From: Octopus bimaculoides | Lineage: Eukaryota | Assembly (NCBI RefSeq): GCF_001194135.2 | Contig: NC_068983.1 | Location: forward strand, 126,211,677 to 126,275,676 | Reading direction: 5' to 3' | Length of the DNA stretch: 64,000 nucleotides | Shown here: positions 13,901 to 26,309 of the stretch, in pieces | Layout of the letters: each line of letters opens with the position of its first letter | Numbering within the stretch: position 1 is the first letter of the stretch | Made by a program: the position numbers and the translations under genes | The notes under the pieces: model-generated | What the model was told of the DNA's origin: nothing | Seen by the model: the letters and a program-made list of their open reading frames with translations, nothing else | Databases searched by the model: none

Positions 13901-14193
13901 TGCAGTCTTTATGAGACTGGTTGTAGAGAGCTGCCGGAATGTACCCGCCTTTGTCAGGCTTGCCCACCAGGCGTTGCCTTTTTCCGCCAGAGTCAATTCT
14001 TGGGGGATTGAGAAAGCCTTCCTCCACCGTTGTGGTCTTGATGTTGGTGTTTAGTCACGTTTAGTCTGGGACCTCATACTCGACCTTTTCGCCATGGGTG
14101 GTCCTACCAGGAATCTAAGACTCAAGACGGTATCGATCTCAGAATCATTGGAACAAACAAACTCTTCTACCACGACAAAGGACGACCATCGGA

Positions 14194-14195
<2 letters not shown>
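10932..14195 (-). mobile_element. Near full-length RTE-clade LINE (APE + RT + C-terminal Cys motif), inactivated by stops, frameshifts and deletions
   Basis: APE: LTFGAWN, ERRTGLVCKELDRF, LTLISVYAPT..EDDVKASFY. RT: STIDMIFCA, WDLKKAFDKVSR, EMQYADD, YLGS, TKMMVVRAIVLSTLLYASET, IKWEDHVTSNEVLRRA, DRTAWRSAI. C-terminal CEFCPQIF. About 650 bp of 5' UTR; both ends abut (TA)n. Confidence 0.95.
14065..14195 (-). ncRNA. Candidate structured RNA motif at the RTE 5' terminus
   Basis: Pairings visible on the minus strand: GAUC/GGUC, CCGU/AUGG, hairpin GAGUC-UUA-GAUUC, and long-range GUGGU/ACCAC. Function unknown. Confidence 0.4.
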
Positions 14196-14236
<41 letters not shown>

Positions 14237-14419
14237 CTAGAATAACACCCAGTTGTGTAGAATTAATTATGAGAGTCGAAGTAAACAATGCAACGGGAGG
14301 TGTAAAATTGTTAGGAACATTTTATAAGTTTACTGAATTGCTTTCTTTATTGTCATTGCTAAATTATTAGCAGCATAATTTAGCTGTTTACTTCTGACAA
14401 AACCTCCAAAACCTAGCTT

Positions 14420-14420
14420 A

Positions 14421-14476
<56 letters not shown>

Positions 14477-14488
14477 AATCTATATATA

Positions 14489-14537
<49 letters not shown>
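14420..14537. repeat. Compound (TATC)n(TA)n(CA)n microsatellite
   Basis: Direct reading. Confidence 0.95.
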
Positions 14538-16644
14538 GCCTATATATTTATATCTATGTACATCCCTCTATTTNNNNNNNNNNNNNNNNNNNNNNNNNNN
14601 NNNNNNNNNNNNNNNNNNNNNNNNNNNNNNNNNNNNNNNNNNNNNNNNNNNNNNNNNNNNNATATATATATATATATATATATATATAAATCACAACTAT
14701 TCGCGTTAAATTACCGGGTATGTCCAGAATCATTTAGTCATTGTATCACAAACAATGCTCAAAAGATATCAGCCGTTCATTTTTGTTTTTATTGGAAGGT
14801 ATAGCAACTATCGTACTGTGATAACTAATATATGTTCTCATAGCAGTTACGTGCAGCTTGTTTTTAAGTATGGTATAGGAAACCTGTGGCAACTATGATA
14901 ATGTTTGCCACATTTGTGATGTGCTATCATTGCATTCCTATTATCTAGCTCATTGAAATATTCATGTCCATTGTCATCGTCATTTGGAATACACATACTG
15001 TCTTCATTTGCCAATAACCTTGCGAATAAAGCAAATGATATGCATATTTCTTATTGAGAAGCTACACAGAAAATGACCTTGTTATTTTAAAGGACAGCCA
15101 CATGATAACCTTTTAGCGAAAGGAAGTAATGCATTCATCACGTGACAGAGAAAGCCAGTTTCATTTTCCATTAGAAACAATATTAAAAACACGTAATGTA
15201 ATGGGAAATTGGATGACCAATTTAATATTATAATACTTTGATCAGCAAATAATTATTCCTATACACATGCTGTTTTGAATTGCTGGAGAAAGGAAAGGAA
15301 GACACACGAGTGGATGTTGGGTACAAATTGTTGTAATCCATTAGAATTCGTCAGCTATAATTACTGTTTTTCAAATCTAAACAATAAACAATGTGTATGA
15401 TCCGTTAATTATTCTAACATTTAAAGTTATCTAAACTATGTATAGAATCTAGCTCAGTATGTTTACTCATATAAGAATGCACATGTTATTGAGAATTTCT
15501 TACAGACAAAAGTTAATATTTCGGAATGTGTGTATTTGACAGGAATCCATAACATATATGATAGCATTTATAAATATAGTCAAGCGATTAGATTTCAGTT
15601 GAATGGTTACAGATATTCCATGTAAACACGTATATGGCAGAGGTCTCAGAAATTGTTGTAAGTCTCTGTCAATGAAATACTTGAAAATAAATGTTAATAC
15701 TTTTAATTATTATTTAGAGATATTTTTGATGAAATCACTTTTCAAATATCAAATTAGTTTGTTCAATAGGTTGTTCGTTTCTTCTTTTTGTAAATGTTCT
15801 AGATTCAATATTCGGTGGCTATTACTAGGAATGTATTTTTTTTATAAATATGAACTCAAGTGACAACTATTAATTTCTCTCCGATAGGCCAAGTTTATTC
15901 ATTTATAGAAGCTTCAAAGGCAAACTTTTATTCTCTCTATTGTTTGTTTCTAATTTTAAAGATTGAGAAAGGATGTTTAAGAGAGATTCATTTAATAAAA
16001 ACGACTAATCGGTAGGGTAAAGCGAATGAAAAAAAGGACTACTTGACGTCTATAATGACTAACAGATTTCGTTATATGAAACCAATACTTAAAAGAATCA
16101 TCTTGCGCATGCGGAGGAAAGTCAAACTTAAATAGCTTGTGCACTTCAGGATTCAGGTATTGTATTGAATGATGACGGATATTAATTTTTCTTTTCTGTT
16201 AATGTAGACGTACGCTTAACAATTTCTTAAAGCTTTCGTACTGTCGAAATTCTAGAAATATGTTTTCTGTAATATCTTACGTTCGAAATTTCTTGAAAAT
16301 GCTTAATAGTGGAAAAGGAATGAGATATTGTTGCATCAGCAAAATATAATGATAGTTGTATGTGTCCTGCAACCGTAATCCGTGGTATTGGCAGAGAGAT
16401 GTATCTCTGAAATTACTTGTGATCATTTTTATTATTTTTATTATTTTTANNNNNNNNNNTATATATACATATTGCTTGTATTCTACTTCAGTCACAGAGC
16501 TGGCGTGTTACATTCACGTTATGTTCTATATTCATTATAAACTCACTTTTCAGTTTTTATTGTAAAGAAGAAAATGTTGGCATTTGTATTACGCTGGCAT
16601 AGTGATTTTGCCTCATAAATCGACAATATTTTCACCAATATTTA

Positions 16645-16815
16645 TTTCAAACACACGACCAGCAATTTCAGGGGAGACCCAAGTATACAACTGGTACTTA
16701 TTTAATCGACACCGACGGGATGAATGTCAAAGTCGAAATCGACAGGATCTGAAGACGGACGAAATGCCACTGAGCATTTTGCCTGATCTGCTACCAATTC
16801 TGCTGGGACACCGCC
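16645..16815 (-). mobile_element. tRNA-derived SINE (family B)
   Basis: actggtacttatttaatcgac, gacggacgaaatgcc...agcattttgcc, ending ccgcc; reverse complement of the + copy at 16846. Confidence 0.8.
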
Positions 16816-16845
16816 GTATTTTTTTCAGTAATGTTGAAAGAAATA

Positions 16846-17036
16846 AATGCGGAGAGCTGACAAAATCGTTTGGACGTCGGGCAAAATGTTTAGCGTCATT
16901 TCGTCTCTCTTTACATTCTGAGTTAAATTTTCGGAGTCGATAAAATTAGTACCAATTCAATACTGAGATCGATATAATCAACATATCCCCTCACCCGAAC
17001 TTTCTGCTTTTGTACCAACATTTTGAAATCAATATT
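16846..17036 (+). mobile_element. tRNA-derived SINE (family B)
   Basis: gcggagagctgacaaaatcgtt...gggcaaaatgtttagcgtcatttcgtc...ttctgagtt...gtcgataaaattagtacca...tttgaaatcaatatt. Confidence 0.85.
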
Positions 17037-17238
17037 GGTCTCAAATTTTGGCACAAGGCCACCATACCCGGGGGCGGGGTGGGAAAAGTCGATTACATCA
17101 ACACCAGTACGTAACTGGTATTTATTTAATCGACTTCAAGAGGATGAAAGGCAAAGTTAACCTCGGTGGAACTTGAACTCACAACGGCAAGGTGGACGAA
17201 ATGCTGCTAAGCATTTTTCCCGGCCGGCTCACCGCATT
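17031..17238 (-). mobile_element. tRNA-derived SINE (family B)
   Basis: aatattggtctcaaattttggcacaaggcc...gtcgattacatc...gatgaaaggcaaag...gacgaaatgctgctaagcattttt. Confidence 0.85.
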
Positions 17239-18225
17239 AATTTTGAAATGAATATTAAAAAGTAGAGTTGAGAGAATTATTGGTGGAGTACTTAACATTA
17301 TGAGTGTTTATTTATTTTTTTCATTTGTTTCGAACATCGTTATAATACTTAGAAATCATTCTGAAACTGGTTTAATCTGAAGTTGATGTTAATATTCCTG
17401 TAATACTAAGGTTGGGCGTACGAGTAATTCTACGGTTGTTAGATTTGCTATTACAGTCAACCTAAGGATTGAAATTATTATATATTTTCTCTGTGCGCCA
17501 GTTGTATCCCAGTTTGCTTTTAGAATTCCTTCAGAACGGAAATGTCTTCGGACATGAAATACATTTCAAGCTGATATTATAAGAGAATAAAAAACCTCGA
17601 CCAATATCCAGGGTATCACACACTATTCAATTAGAATTCGTTGCGGTCAGACTGGGAAACCAATTAAGGATAATTTAAAATCTTTTTAGCGAAAGGGAAA
17701 TTAAAAGATAGAAATATATATTTGAAGAAGAATTTTAAAAAATCTGAGAAAATATTACAATGATTTAGAAGTGAAGGGTTGAATAACTTGAAATACTTCA
17801 GGTGTGTGCGAGTGTGTGTATGCATACAAGCGGGTGTATTTGTGTGTATAGAGATAGAAAATGCGGATGGAAATATACATACATACATACATACATGCAT
17901 ACATACATACACATGTGTGTGTGTGCGCGCGCGCGTGTGTATTTACGCAAACGTGAATATCTGCACAAAGATATATGAAGGTGTGTATCAAAAAGCTGCC
18001 ATTGATCCTGGTCTAAATTCTGGAGAAGTCAAAATACATTGTATTCTTGTCTTTCAATCTTCATTTTCGTTCACCGCTTCAGGTCGATGGAAACTGCAAT
18101 TATGGAGACACCGTTATTGGTTATGTTGTTATTGCTGATATCATATTGATTATGCTCAAGTCGATTTGCGTCCCAATAACTTTGTGCAAGCGTGTTTATA
18201 AGACTACCCATCCATATACATATTC

Positions 18226-18282
<57 letters not shown>

Positions 18283-21200
18283 TTCTGCGTAGGAAAATCA
18301 TAACTTCTTACACAATTTGTGTGTGACATATATCATTTGATTATTAAAATTCCTGAAAGCTAGCGAAACAGTTTCCGTCAAAGTTATATGTCTTTCACCT
18401 TCCCAATGTATCTAGGTATTACAACTATAATATTCATATATGGAAACAATCATCTATAAGTATAACATACTTGTAAGACAAGGTTATATACATAACCAGA
18501 ATTATGTATTTAACTTGAAAAGAAAGATTTTCTTCCACTTAAGTGTGGGTTACTTTGGAAGTATAATTTTGTTTGCTCGTTTACCTTATAATTGTTGTGG
18601 GTTATAATCTTCTCTTTGTAAACGTTGGTAATATTAAGGCATATGGCTATTTAATAGCATCCCCAAAATAGGGACAGCCTAACCATATGTTTTCAGAGCA
18701 TCATTTCTTAACTCACTGATTATCATTTTGATCTCAAAGTATTACATATTACACTATTGTGTGTAACAAAGCTACGGACAAAAAATAACGTGTGAATAAA
18801 AATTTAATAAATGGAAGCAGTGCAGAAGAGGATCAGACGGCAAGTTCGTTGTTGGCCGTAGTAATCCGATGTGTAGCACTTGATTGTCTTCCGTGAAATT
18901 TACTAATTTCCCGATATTATGTTGAAACTATCAATCGAAAGACAACGTAAGAAATTCCCTTCTATATCTCAAGGTATTTCGGGGAATATTACAGCAGTTT
19001 CATCTTCTCTCAATCGATTTATAAATATAAAATATCAAAGGAAATAACAATTGGTCGCCTAAATGAATACGTTACCGTCGTTCGTTTCTTTTCACAACAG
19101 GACGGGCTGAGCTTGCAATCCTAGACGACACATAATTGTAAAATAAAGATCAACTGCTCACATAATGAATGGCAATATACATCTTGGGATATCGTTCATT
19201 ATTGGAAAACGAGAAACTCAGCGTGACCGACTCCCTATACGCTTAGAAATATTTTACTTTAAAATGTTATACACAAAAATGAAATATATTGAATGTCGCC
19301 ACTTATATTTCTCTAGCGCGTGCACGGAGACTATCTCGAGCGACGTATAAATAATCGTTTTACAAGATTGAAAAACACTGCCGATGAATAGGAAGTCGCG
19401 GATGGCCACCCTAAAATTGAAAATAAACTATTACATCTAAACAGAGTTTGTTGGTAAAAAAGCTCAAACATTTTTTAAGGATAATGCTGAACAAAGTATA
19501 TACATATGTGCGAGAAATGACGTTCTTGAAACATATGGACAGTTTAAAATAAATATAATAGTGAACTGTAAATCACTGTGCCGCATGTATCTTAATCTAT
19601 CACTGTATCTTAATCTAACATGTGTTACTTGTTTCACTCAGTAGACTTTCGTCTTGGAGTGATGTAGTTATGAAGGCATCTAAATCTAACAAATCGACCA
19701 CGTGGCTTATTTAAAGTTTGGTTGGTATTCTATCGATATCTTTGGGTGGGGGCCGCTATGTTACAGGAATTAAAAAAAATAACAGCGATAGCGAAGCATT
19801 GGTGCTATTAAATCAGAAACAAAAATATCATAGAAACAATTTTCCGCATTAGATTAATGTTGATAAGAAGTGTGCTTAAAATTTCAGGTCAGCAATTTTA
19901 CAGAGAAATGTCTAAAGATCAAGCCCATGGAAGGAGATTGTTCATTTGGATGTGAGTGTTGATTAAAATTGATCGCAGGTAAAATAAGCGATCTAATCCT
20001 AATCCTACGCGTATCTTTGGCACAATAATGCTGAAGGACATAACACATTGAATGAAATATTCTTTATTTAATTAATTTATTTCCTTTTAAAATTATTACC
20101 CAAGTTAATTTGCATCTGTAAGTAAACATTTATACTAAAGGAAAATAATTTAAAATTCACTAATTCTTGTTGAGATAAAACAAGTTCAATGACTTAAATT
20201 GTGAATTCATATTGTATTTTGAAACGTTTTCCATTGCATTATATATTTATTTTTTAGCAAAAAACTGGGATAAATGACGCTTCAACAGAAGCCGATGGCG
20301 GAACCTTTACTAAAAGATTTGAACAGTTTAAATGCCAAAGAAATCTCTATTAAATCATATCCTAACAGTTTAGAATCGTCTTATTGGGAAATGCCTTTTC
20401 TGCACTTAAGAAAAAGGGAAACGGAAAAGATGATGAGAGTGCATTTTGTCATACGCCTCTTCAAATAGAAATGGCTTGGAGCTACGAAACGAAATCAACA
20501 AAACCTATAGTTCATTGCTGTCAAATATCCGTCACCACATCCTACATATTTTGTCATTGATATACGTCATACCATACTTCTTTAATTACACATTAACCAG
20601 AAAACCTGGAACAGTAAATATTTTCAATCTCATTCAATCGTTTGTAAGACGGAAACATGGAAATACTAAAATCATTTTAAAAGATAAAATAATTTTTCGG
20701 ACTGTAAAATGTATAAGTAACTTCATTTATTGAAAGGTACGCATACGAGACTAATACTGGGCTTACGTGGTATAATTTGCGTTCGTTTCATTTAACAGAC
20801 GCAGTGACAATTTTATGCAAGGAGGTGACATCATTAAATTGTAAAGAAAAAAATTAAGATGTGAAAAACTGTTAAGGTAGACACGGAGGATGGTTTTTCA
20901 TTCACAAAGGCGATAAGACATTGTGTTAACCATCAGTCATTACAAGTTAATTAGTAACTGTATTGCAAGTATGAAACAAATAACGAAATACTTTATATAA
21001 TTATTTAACTAAATCAGAATGAAGACAAAAAGAAAAATTAAAAAGATTTGACACTTGATTAATTTCATTAAATGTGTCGTTACTAGTGAGTTTAATCTTG
21101 ATGCGTCACGATAAATACCCGAATACTCAGTGGAATTTTCTTAAGAAGAAAACACTAAATACCCGAAACACAAAACTTATACGATTCGTTAGTCAAAAAA

Positions 21201-22384
21201 CCGTGTCGCGCAACTGAGAGAATCATATTTGAGATCATGTTCTGAATCTACAGTCTCATAACAGTATAGTAGTGCATAATGCCGTTTCTTATGATAAAAT
21301 TCTGAAAGAACAAAATGCGAAATTTAGTGATATAAGCAGAATTAACTCGTGGTTTTGAAATTAATGATGCGCTAAGAATTATCATAATTCAAGTGATGAG
21401 GTTCCACTGAAAAATGTGGATGTTTTCTGTATATGAAATGCTCACAGTTTTAAGGAAAATTCAGAATTAATTGCAAATAGTAAAAGTAAATGCTTTCCTC
21501 ATTTATTGCATTATTCACGTTGAACACATGGCAACCAGATACTTCACATTTGAAATGTCTTCGAAAATGTGCAGTTGAAATTGCAAATTGTGTTCATAGA
21601 AATGGAAAGATGCAATTTTCACAAATGTTATTGAAGAACAATTATTGAAGATACTCACAGTGGTGCCGTTTCTATTATTTAGTGACGTCATCTCTAGCTA
21701 ACGAGCATCCTTTGCAGAAAGTTCGTGTATATGTTTGAACCCATTTTAACATGCCTTAGCAAATGATAATGGAACATAATATAATATTCAGTGGAATGAG
21801 TTAAATAGGAGATAATTGCTGTTATAATGAATCATTTAGAAATACTTAGTACTCCATAAAAAGCGGATTCTTAGTTTGCATATGCACATGTCTTATAAAT
21901 TAATCCTCATGTGATTATAATCAATGATGATAATCGACTAAATTTACAAAAATATGCTACGTAAAAATAGAAACTAGTTAACTCACAGGAGTGTCTGTGT
22001 ATATACATGTCAAATCACAATTTACAATAATATTCTTGAAGACGCACCACAAATACAATTTTCCGACTTGAATAAACAATTGAATGATCCATTCCAAATT
22101 CGTGGTATTCACTTGGGAATTTATGCAAACAAAGCATTGTACAATTCTTACACCTAACGACTAACAGAATCACTCTGTGCAACTTCGTTAAATATTGCTT
22201 GATTTTTAATGAAATACTGTCTGAATACGATCCTATAAACCTATACTACTTGTCAATTGGAGTCAAAATAATCGGATGAATAGTACTCTTGCCTATTTGC
22301 TATAAATATAAAATGACAAAGCACAATCATCCGATTAAAATAAGGAAGGCACAAGCATAGACAGCCAATCAAAAATTAAAGATG

Positions 22385-22830
22385 TTAAAAGACTAAATTG
22401 TCGAAGCAAAAACAAAATCAAGTCGTTCATTGTAACTGTCGAATCAGTGATATTTATCTGTCAGTGAAACATGGACACTGGCAATGGAATCTATCAAATG
22501 GGCTACATGGATGCTACAAAAGGATACGACGAATGACCCTAAATGTGAAATGGGAACAACATACGAAAAATGACTGCTTTTATGAAAACCTACCGAAAGT
22601 TAGCGACAAGATCAATCAAAGACGGCTGCGACTATCTGATCACTGAGTACGCCACTCTGAACTGGACGAATCGAAATTAGCGTTGTGGAATCAAGATCCT
22701 GACCTAAGAAGAGAAAAATCGTCGTCACTCTTACATCGATTACTTGATTGTAGACACTGGTCTGGAATGTATCCATGATCTCAAGGCTGTCATGATGGAC
22801 AGAGATGTTTTGCGGGTATTACTAGAAATA
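22385..22830 (+). mobile_element. RTE-clade LINE 3' fragment (RT C-terminus)
   Basis: GCYKRIRRMTLNVKWEQHTKNDCFYENLPKVSDKINQRRLRLSDH matches the RTE thumb region (GCYTRMLR.ALNV.W.QH..N..LY..LPKVS.KI..RRLRLAGH). Confidence 0.8.
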
Positions 22831-23639
22831 AGAGGCAAAACAACTCAATAGCTACTGAAAGCACTATGTTAATGACTGGCAAGGGAGGCAAGCTACCTAC
22901 AGTAGCAGATATAGCCAGATCATCGATGATTTCGCACTTTATTGCTTACGCATCTTCATGTTCATCAGTGCTTTCTCTGGCTATTTCTAGCATGCTGATG
23001 CTGATGAGTGCCCATTGCCACTTTAATGACGTATATAGTTCTGCCTTTAGGTGGTACTTTTCGTAATGAGATACAAAAAACCAAGGCTGTGTACATTATG
23101 GAACATTTATAAATAAAGACGGTCTTACAGCTGTTTCCAGGATATTTATTATATCCCTTCATCGGAGACGGTGTTAGGTAATGGTTAAGCAATATATATA
23201 TATATATATATATATGTAGGTATACATATATATATATATATANNNNNNNNNNNNNNNNNNNNNNNNNNNNNNNNNNNNNNNNNNNNNNNNNNNNNNNNNN
23301 NNNNNNNNNNNNNNNNNNNNNNNNNNNNNNNNNNNNNNNNNNNNNNNNNNNNNNNNNNNNNNNNNNNNNNNNNNNNNNNNNNNNNNNNNNNNNNNNNNNN
23401 NNNNNNNNNNNNNNNNNNNNNNNNNNNNNNNNNNNNNNNNNNNNNNNNNNNNNNNNNNNNNNNNNNNNNNNNNNNNNNNNNNNNNNNNNNNNNNNNNNNN
23501 NNNNNNNNNNNNNNNNNNNNNNNNNNNNNNNNNNNNNNNNNNNNNNNNNNNNNNNNNNNNNNNNNNNNNNNNNNNNNNNNNNNNNNNNNNNNNNNNNNNN
23601 NNNGAAGAATTACTTTTAACTGAATTTATATATTTATAA

Positions 23640-23910
23640 TCCTGGCACTGATTCTATCGATCGCTGAATCATTAAGCGACGGGAACATACAAACAGCAAC
23701 ACCAGTCGTCAAGAGGCGAGAGAGGACACACAGACACACACACACACTCATAATTAGATGAAAGATTTATTTTCCTTTCTCTCTACCAAATTCACTCAAG
23801 TCTTTAATCGACTGGAGGCTGTAGTAGTAGACACTTGCCCAAGGTGGCACGCTGTGGGACTGATCCCGAAACCATGTGGTTAGGAAGCAAACGTCTTACC
23901 TGACAGTCAC
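23640..23910 (-). mobile_element. tRNA-derived SINE (family A), old copy
   Basis: ctaccaaattcactcaa...gacacttgcccaaggtggcacgctgtgggactgatcccgaaaccatgtggttaggaagcaa. Confidence 0.8.
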
Positions 23911-24809
23911 GTTTTTATGACGTGCCTTTTCTCTCTCGCTGAGTAGAAACGGTTGTGAGAGAGAGAGAGAGAACTAAAGGACAGGAAGAAACAGAGACCG
24001 TATATTTATGTATGGTAAGAGTCATATAAATTGTTTTCTTTACGATAAGCACAACAAATTAGTACAAAATAATTGTGCCTCACATGACGCCTGACAGGTA
24101 CAACATACACAAAATGTTTTTGTCTGATAGACTGACGGGACAGGAGACTGATTCATAAGCACGAACAGACGCTGAATGATAAATAAAATATCAGCGATCA
24201 TAAAAAAACTGCAGGTAATGATATATTTTAGACAGGAAGGAAGAATGTAGAGTGCAGTAAAGAATGGAGAAGGTGTGAAAAGAAGGGAAAAAGAAGAAAA
24301 GAAGTAGGAGAAAGAAACAGAAAGAGAAGGAGAAAAGAAGACTAAGCATCTGAGAACCAAACAAAACGCCAGAGAAATTGTGATTGTGTACATTTGCAAT
24401 CGTACTGAAGAGATTCTGGGAGATATCAGATAAAATGTATGTGAAAGGTGAAAACAAGGTAAATATATACTCAAACATACACACAGATACACACACACAC
24501 GCACACAGCCGGACAAACAAACAGACTTATGCGCGCGTGCACGCACACATATAAAATAAGAAAACGTATTTTCAAAAGTTACTAGCTATTTAAAAACAAA
24601 AATGTCTTTTATGTAGCAGAATGTAACTAAGGTTTATGGAAGTGTGTATATGGTATTTTGTGTCTAGTGTGAATTTTGTGTACTAGCACTTTGATTTTCC
24701 TATATTTGAAACACGCGTTGAAGTTGTTTTCTTTTTGCATTACTGTCAACTATTTCCGGTTCAGTTTAGGATATTGAATTTTATAATTTTTAATTTTTAC
24801 AGTGTATTC

Positions 24810-25490
24810 CTCTTTTGTCTTTCGAAGTTGATCAGAGCCATACTTTGTAAAAAGGGAATATTTTAATCTATTGACTTCATAATTTTGACAAATTTAGATG
24901 TTGATTATTTCTGGTTTAATTTCGGGTTTAGAAATCTCATAAAGCATTCTTCTTTCGCTTTCCGTAGATGATGATTTTCATTCTCTATTTTATAAAAGGG
25001 GATATTTTAAATGTTCAAATGTTCACTACACGGAACATTGGCGAGAGATGAATCTTTAATTCTTCTACGCGATTGGCTAATTTAGTGCATATTTCTCCAT
25101 TGTAATTCCCATTGCATTTTGATGATATGAGATTTTTACTTTGGAATTCATGTTTACATTTACTTTCAATTCCTTCCAATTCTCGAATCTTTGGTTGTTC
25201 CTGACTAGTAATTTCGCATGTCCCACATCAACGGTCTCCACAGTTTGTTACTTGTATTATTTCTTTCTCCTATGTGAATCTTACCGCTGCTATAGGTCTC
25301 TTGAGAATTAGTGGTTGCCTTAGCTATTGATGATTTATGATTTTTTAATTACTTGTCAATGATTTGATGATCGGTGTAGAAGTGGGAGGACTTTGGCTGA
25401 ATGCAGGATGTTGTAGTCCCTCGGATTATGGGTGGCTACAAATGGAATATATTTATGTTTTTGTTTTCCCCTTTAGCATGGAAAGAAAGT
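24810..25490 (-). mobile_element. Penelope-like element 3' part: linker, GIY-YIG and start of pseudo-LTR
   Basis: KYIPFVATHNPR..NI..LPLL, IINS*RQP.ILKR, VTNCGDR*CGTC, SKNLI, HLRKAKEECFMRFLNPKLN, followed by a decayed ctgatcaacttcgaaag. Confidence 0.75.
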
Positions 25491-25499
25491 AAGGTGGAG

Positions 25500-25875
25500 C
25501 TAATAGGCTAAAGCAATAAGTATTATCCATGAATCAGTCCTGTCATCACGGAACTGAATGAATATGAAGTCCCTTTTCTGGATGTTCAAATAATTGAAGA
25601 AAATGAATTAGTTACTACCGATGTCTACTGCAAGGACAGAGACACACACCAATACGTAGAGTTTAGATACTGCCATCCTTCCACTGCAAGAGAAACATTC
25701 CATTCAATATGGCAAGACAAATATAATCACAATAATTACAGAAACCAATAGCCGTAACAATCGGTAGTTAGAACTAAATATGTTAATTTAAAAACAGAAA
25801 TACACCCCAAAATTATTAAACCGCTATACAAGTAAAACTAAAAAAAAATCGATATATACCTCAGAGAGGAAAACC
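25500..25875 (+). mobile_element. Penelope-like element RT C-terminal fragment, inverted relative to the adjacent endonuclease part
   Basis: TELNEYEVPFLDVQI..TTDVYCKDRDTHQYVEFRYCHP/HCKRNIPFNMARQI..LELN..KQKYTPKII. Confidence 0.8.
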
Positions 25876-26149
25876 CATGCTAATGGTGAAAACGAAAACA
25901 CAAAACAACAAAAAAGTAAACAAACTTACTTTTTATGTATTAGTCGAGAATGTTTGCGTACCAAAGTTGTAAAACGAAAGTGTTTACAAATACAATACAC
26001 ACCGGACTTCGAATGCCGAATATAAATTTATTCCACAAATGTTAGTGACATTCTGTTAAATTAAAGAATGTTTCCAAAATAGTTACTAACTTTAAACAAC
26101 AATCTGTTTCTAGTTATTTTTATAAGTTTTCCTTTAGGAAAGAAGCATG

Positions 26150-26305
26150 ATTCAGTTCCACTACGTGGCACCTTCGGCGAGTGTCTTCTACTTTAGCCTA
26201 CTATAGCACCATAGCTTCTACTATAACTCCGCAGCTTAGTGGTTCAGGAAAGTGACCGATAAAATAAGTGCCTGGCTTGAAAGAAAGTTCTGGGGTGAAA
26301 CGTTC
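26150..26305 (+). mobile_element. SINE (family A-like) fragment with locally reiterated tactatagc motif
   Basis: ttcagttccactacgtggcaccttcggcgagtgtcttctact...gaccgataaaataagtgcc; truncated by the mariner TIR. Confidence 0.65.
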
Positions 26306-26309
26306 GACA

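Noticed and set aside
14358-14384. 10-bp AT-rich hairpin GCTAAATTAT/ATAATTTAGC
   Set aside because: Short and AT-rich, with no associated element.
17528-17565. ATGTC-TTCG-GACAT-GAAA hairpin as a hammerhead stem II
   Set aside because: There is no CUGANGA upstream (CTTCAGA plus 6 extra nt) and no convincing stem I.
19381-19420. CCGATGA...TAGG/CCTA...AAAATT as a hammerhead
   Set aside because: Two core positions are wrong and there is no valid stem III or cleavage triplet.
21683-21690. Perfect CRE palindrome TGACGTCA
   Set aside because: A single 8-mer with no promoter context; expected by chance.
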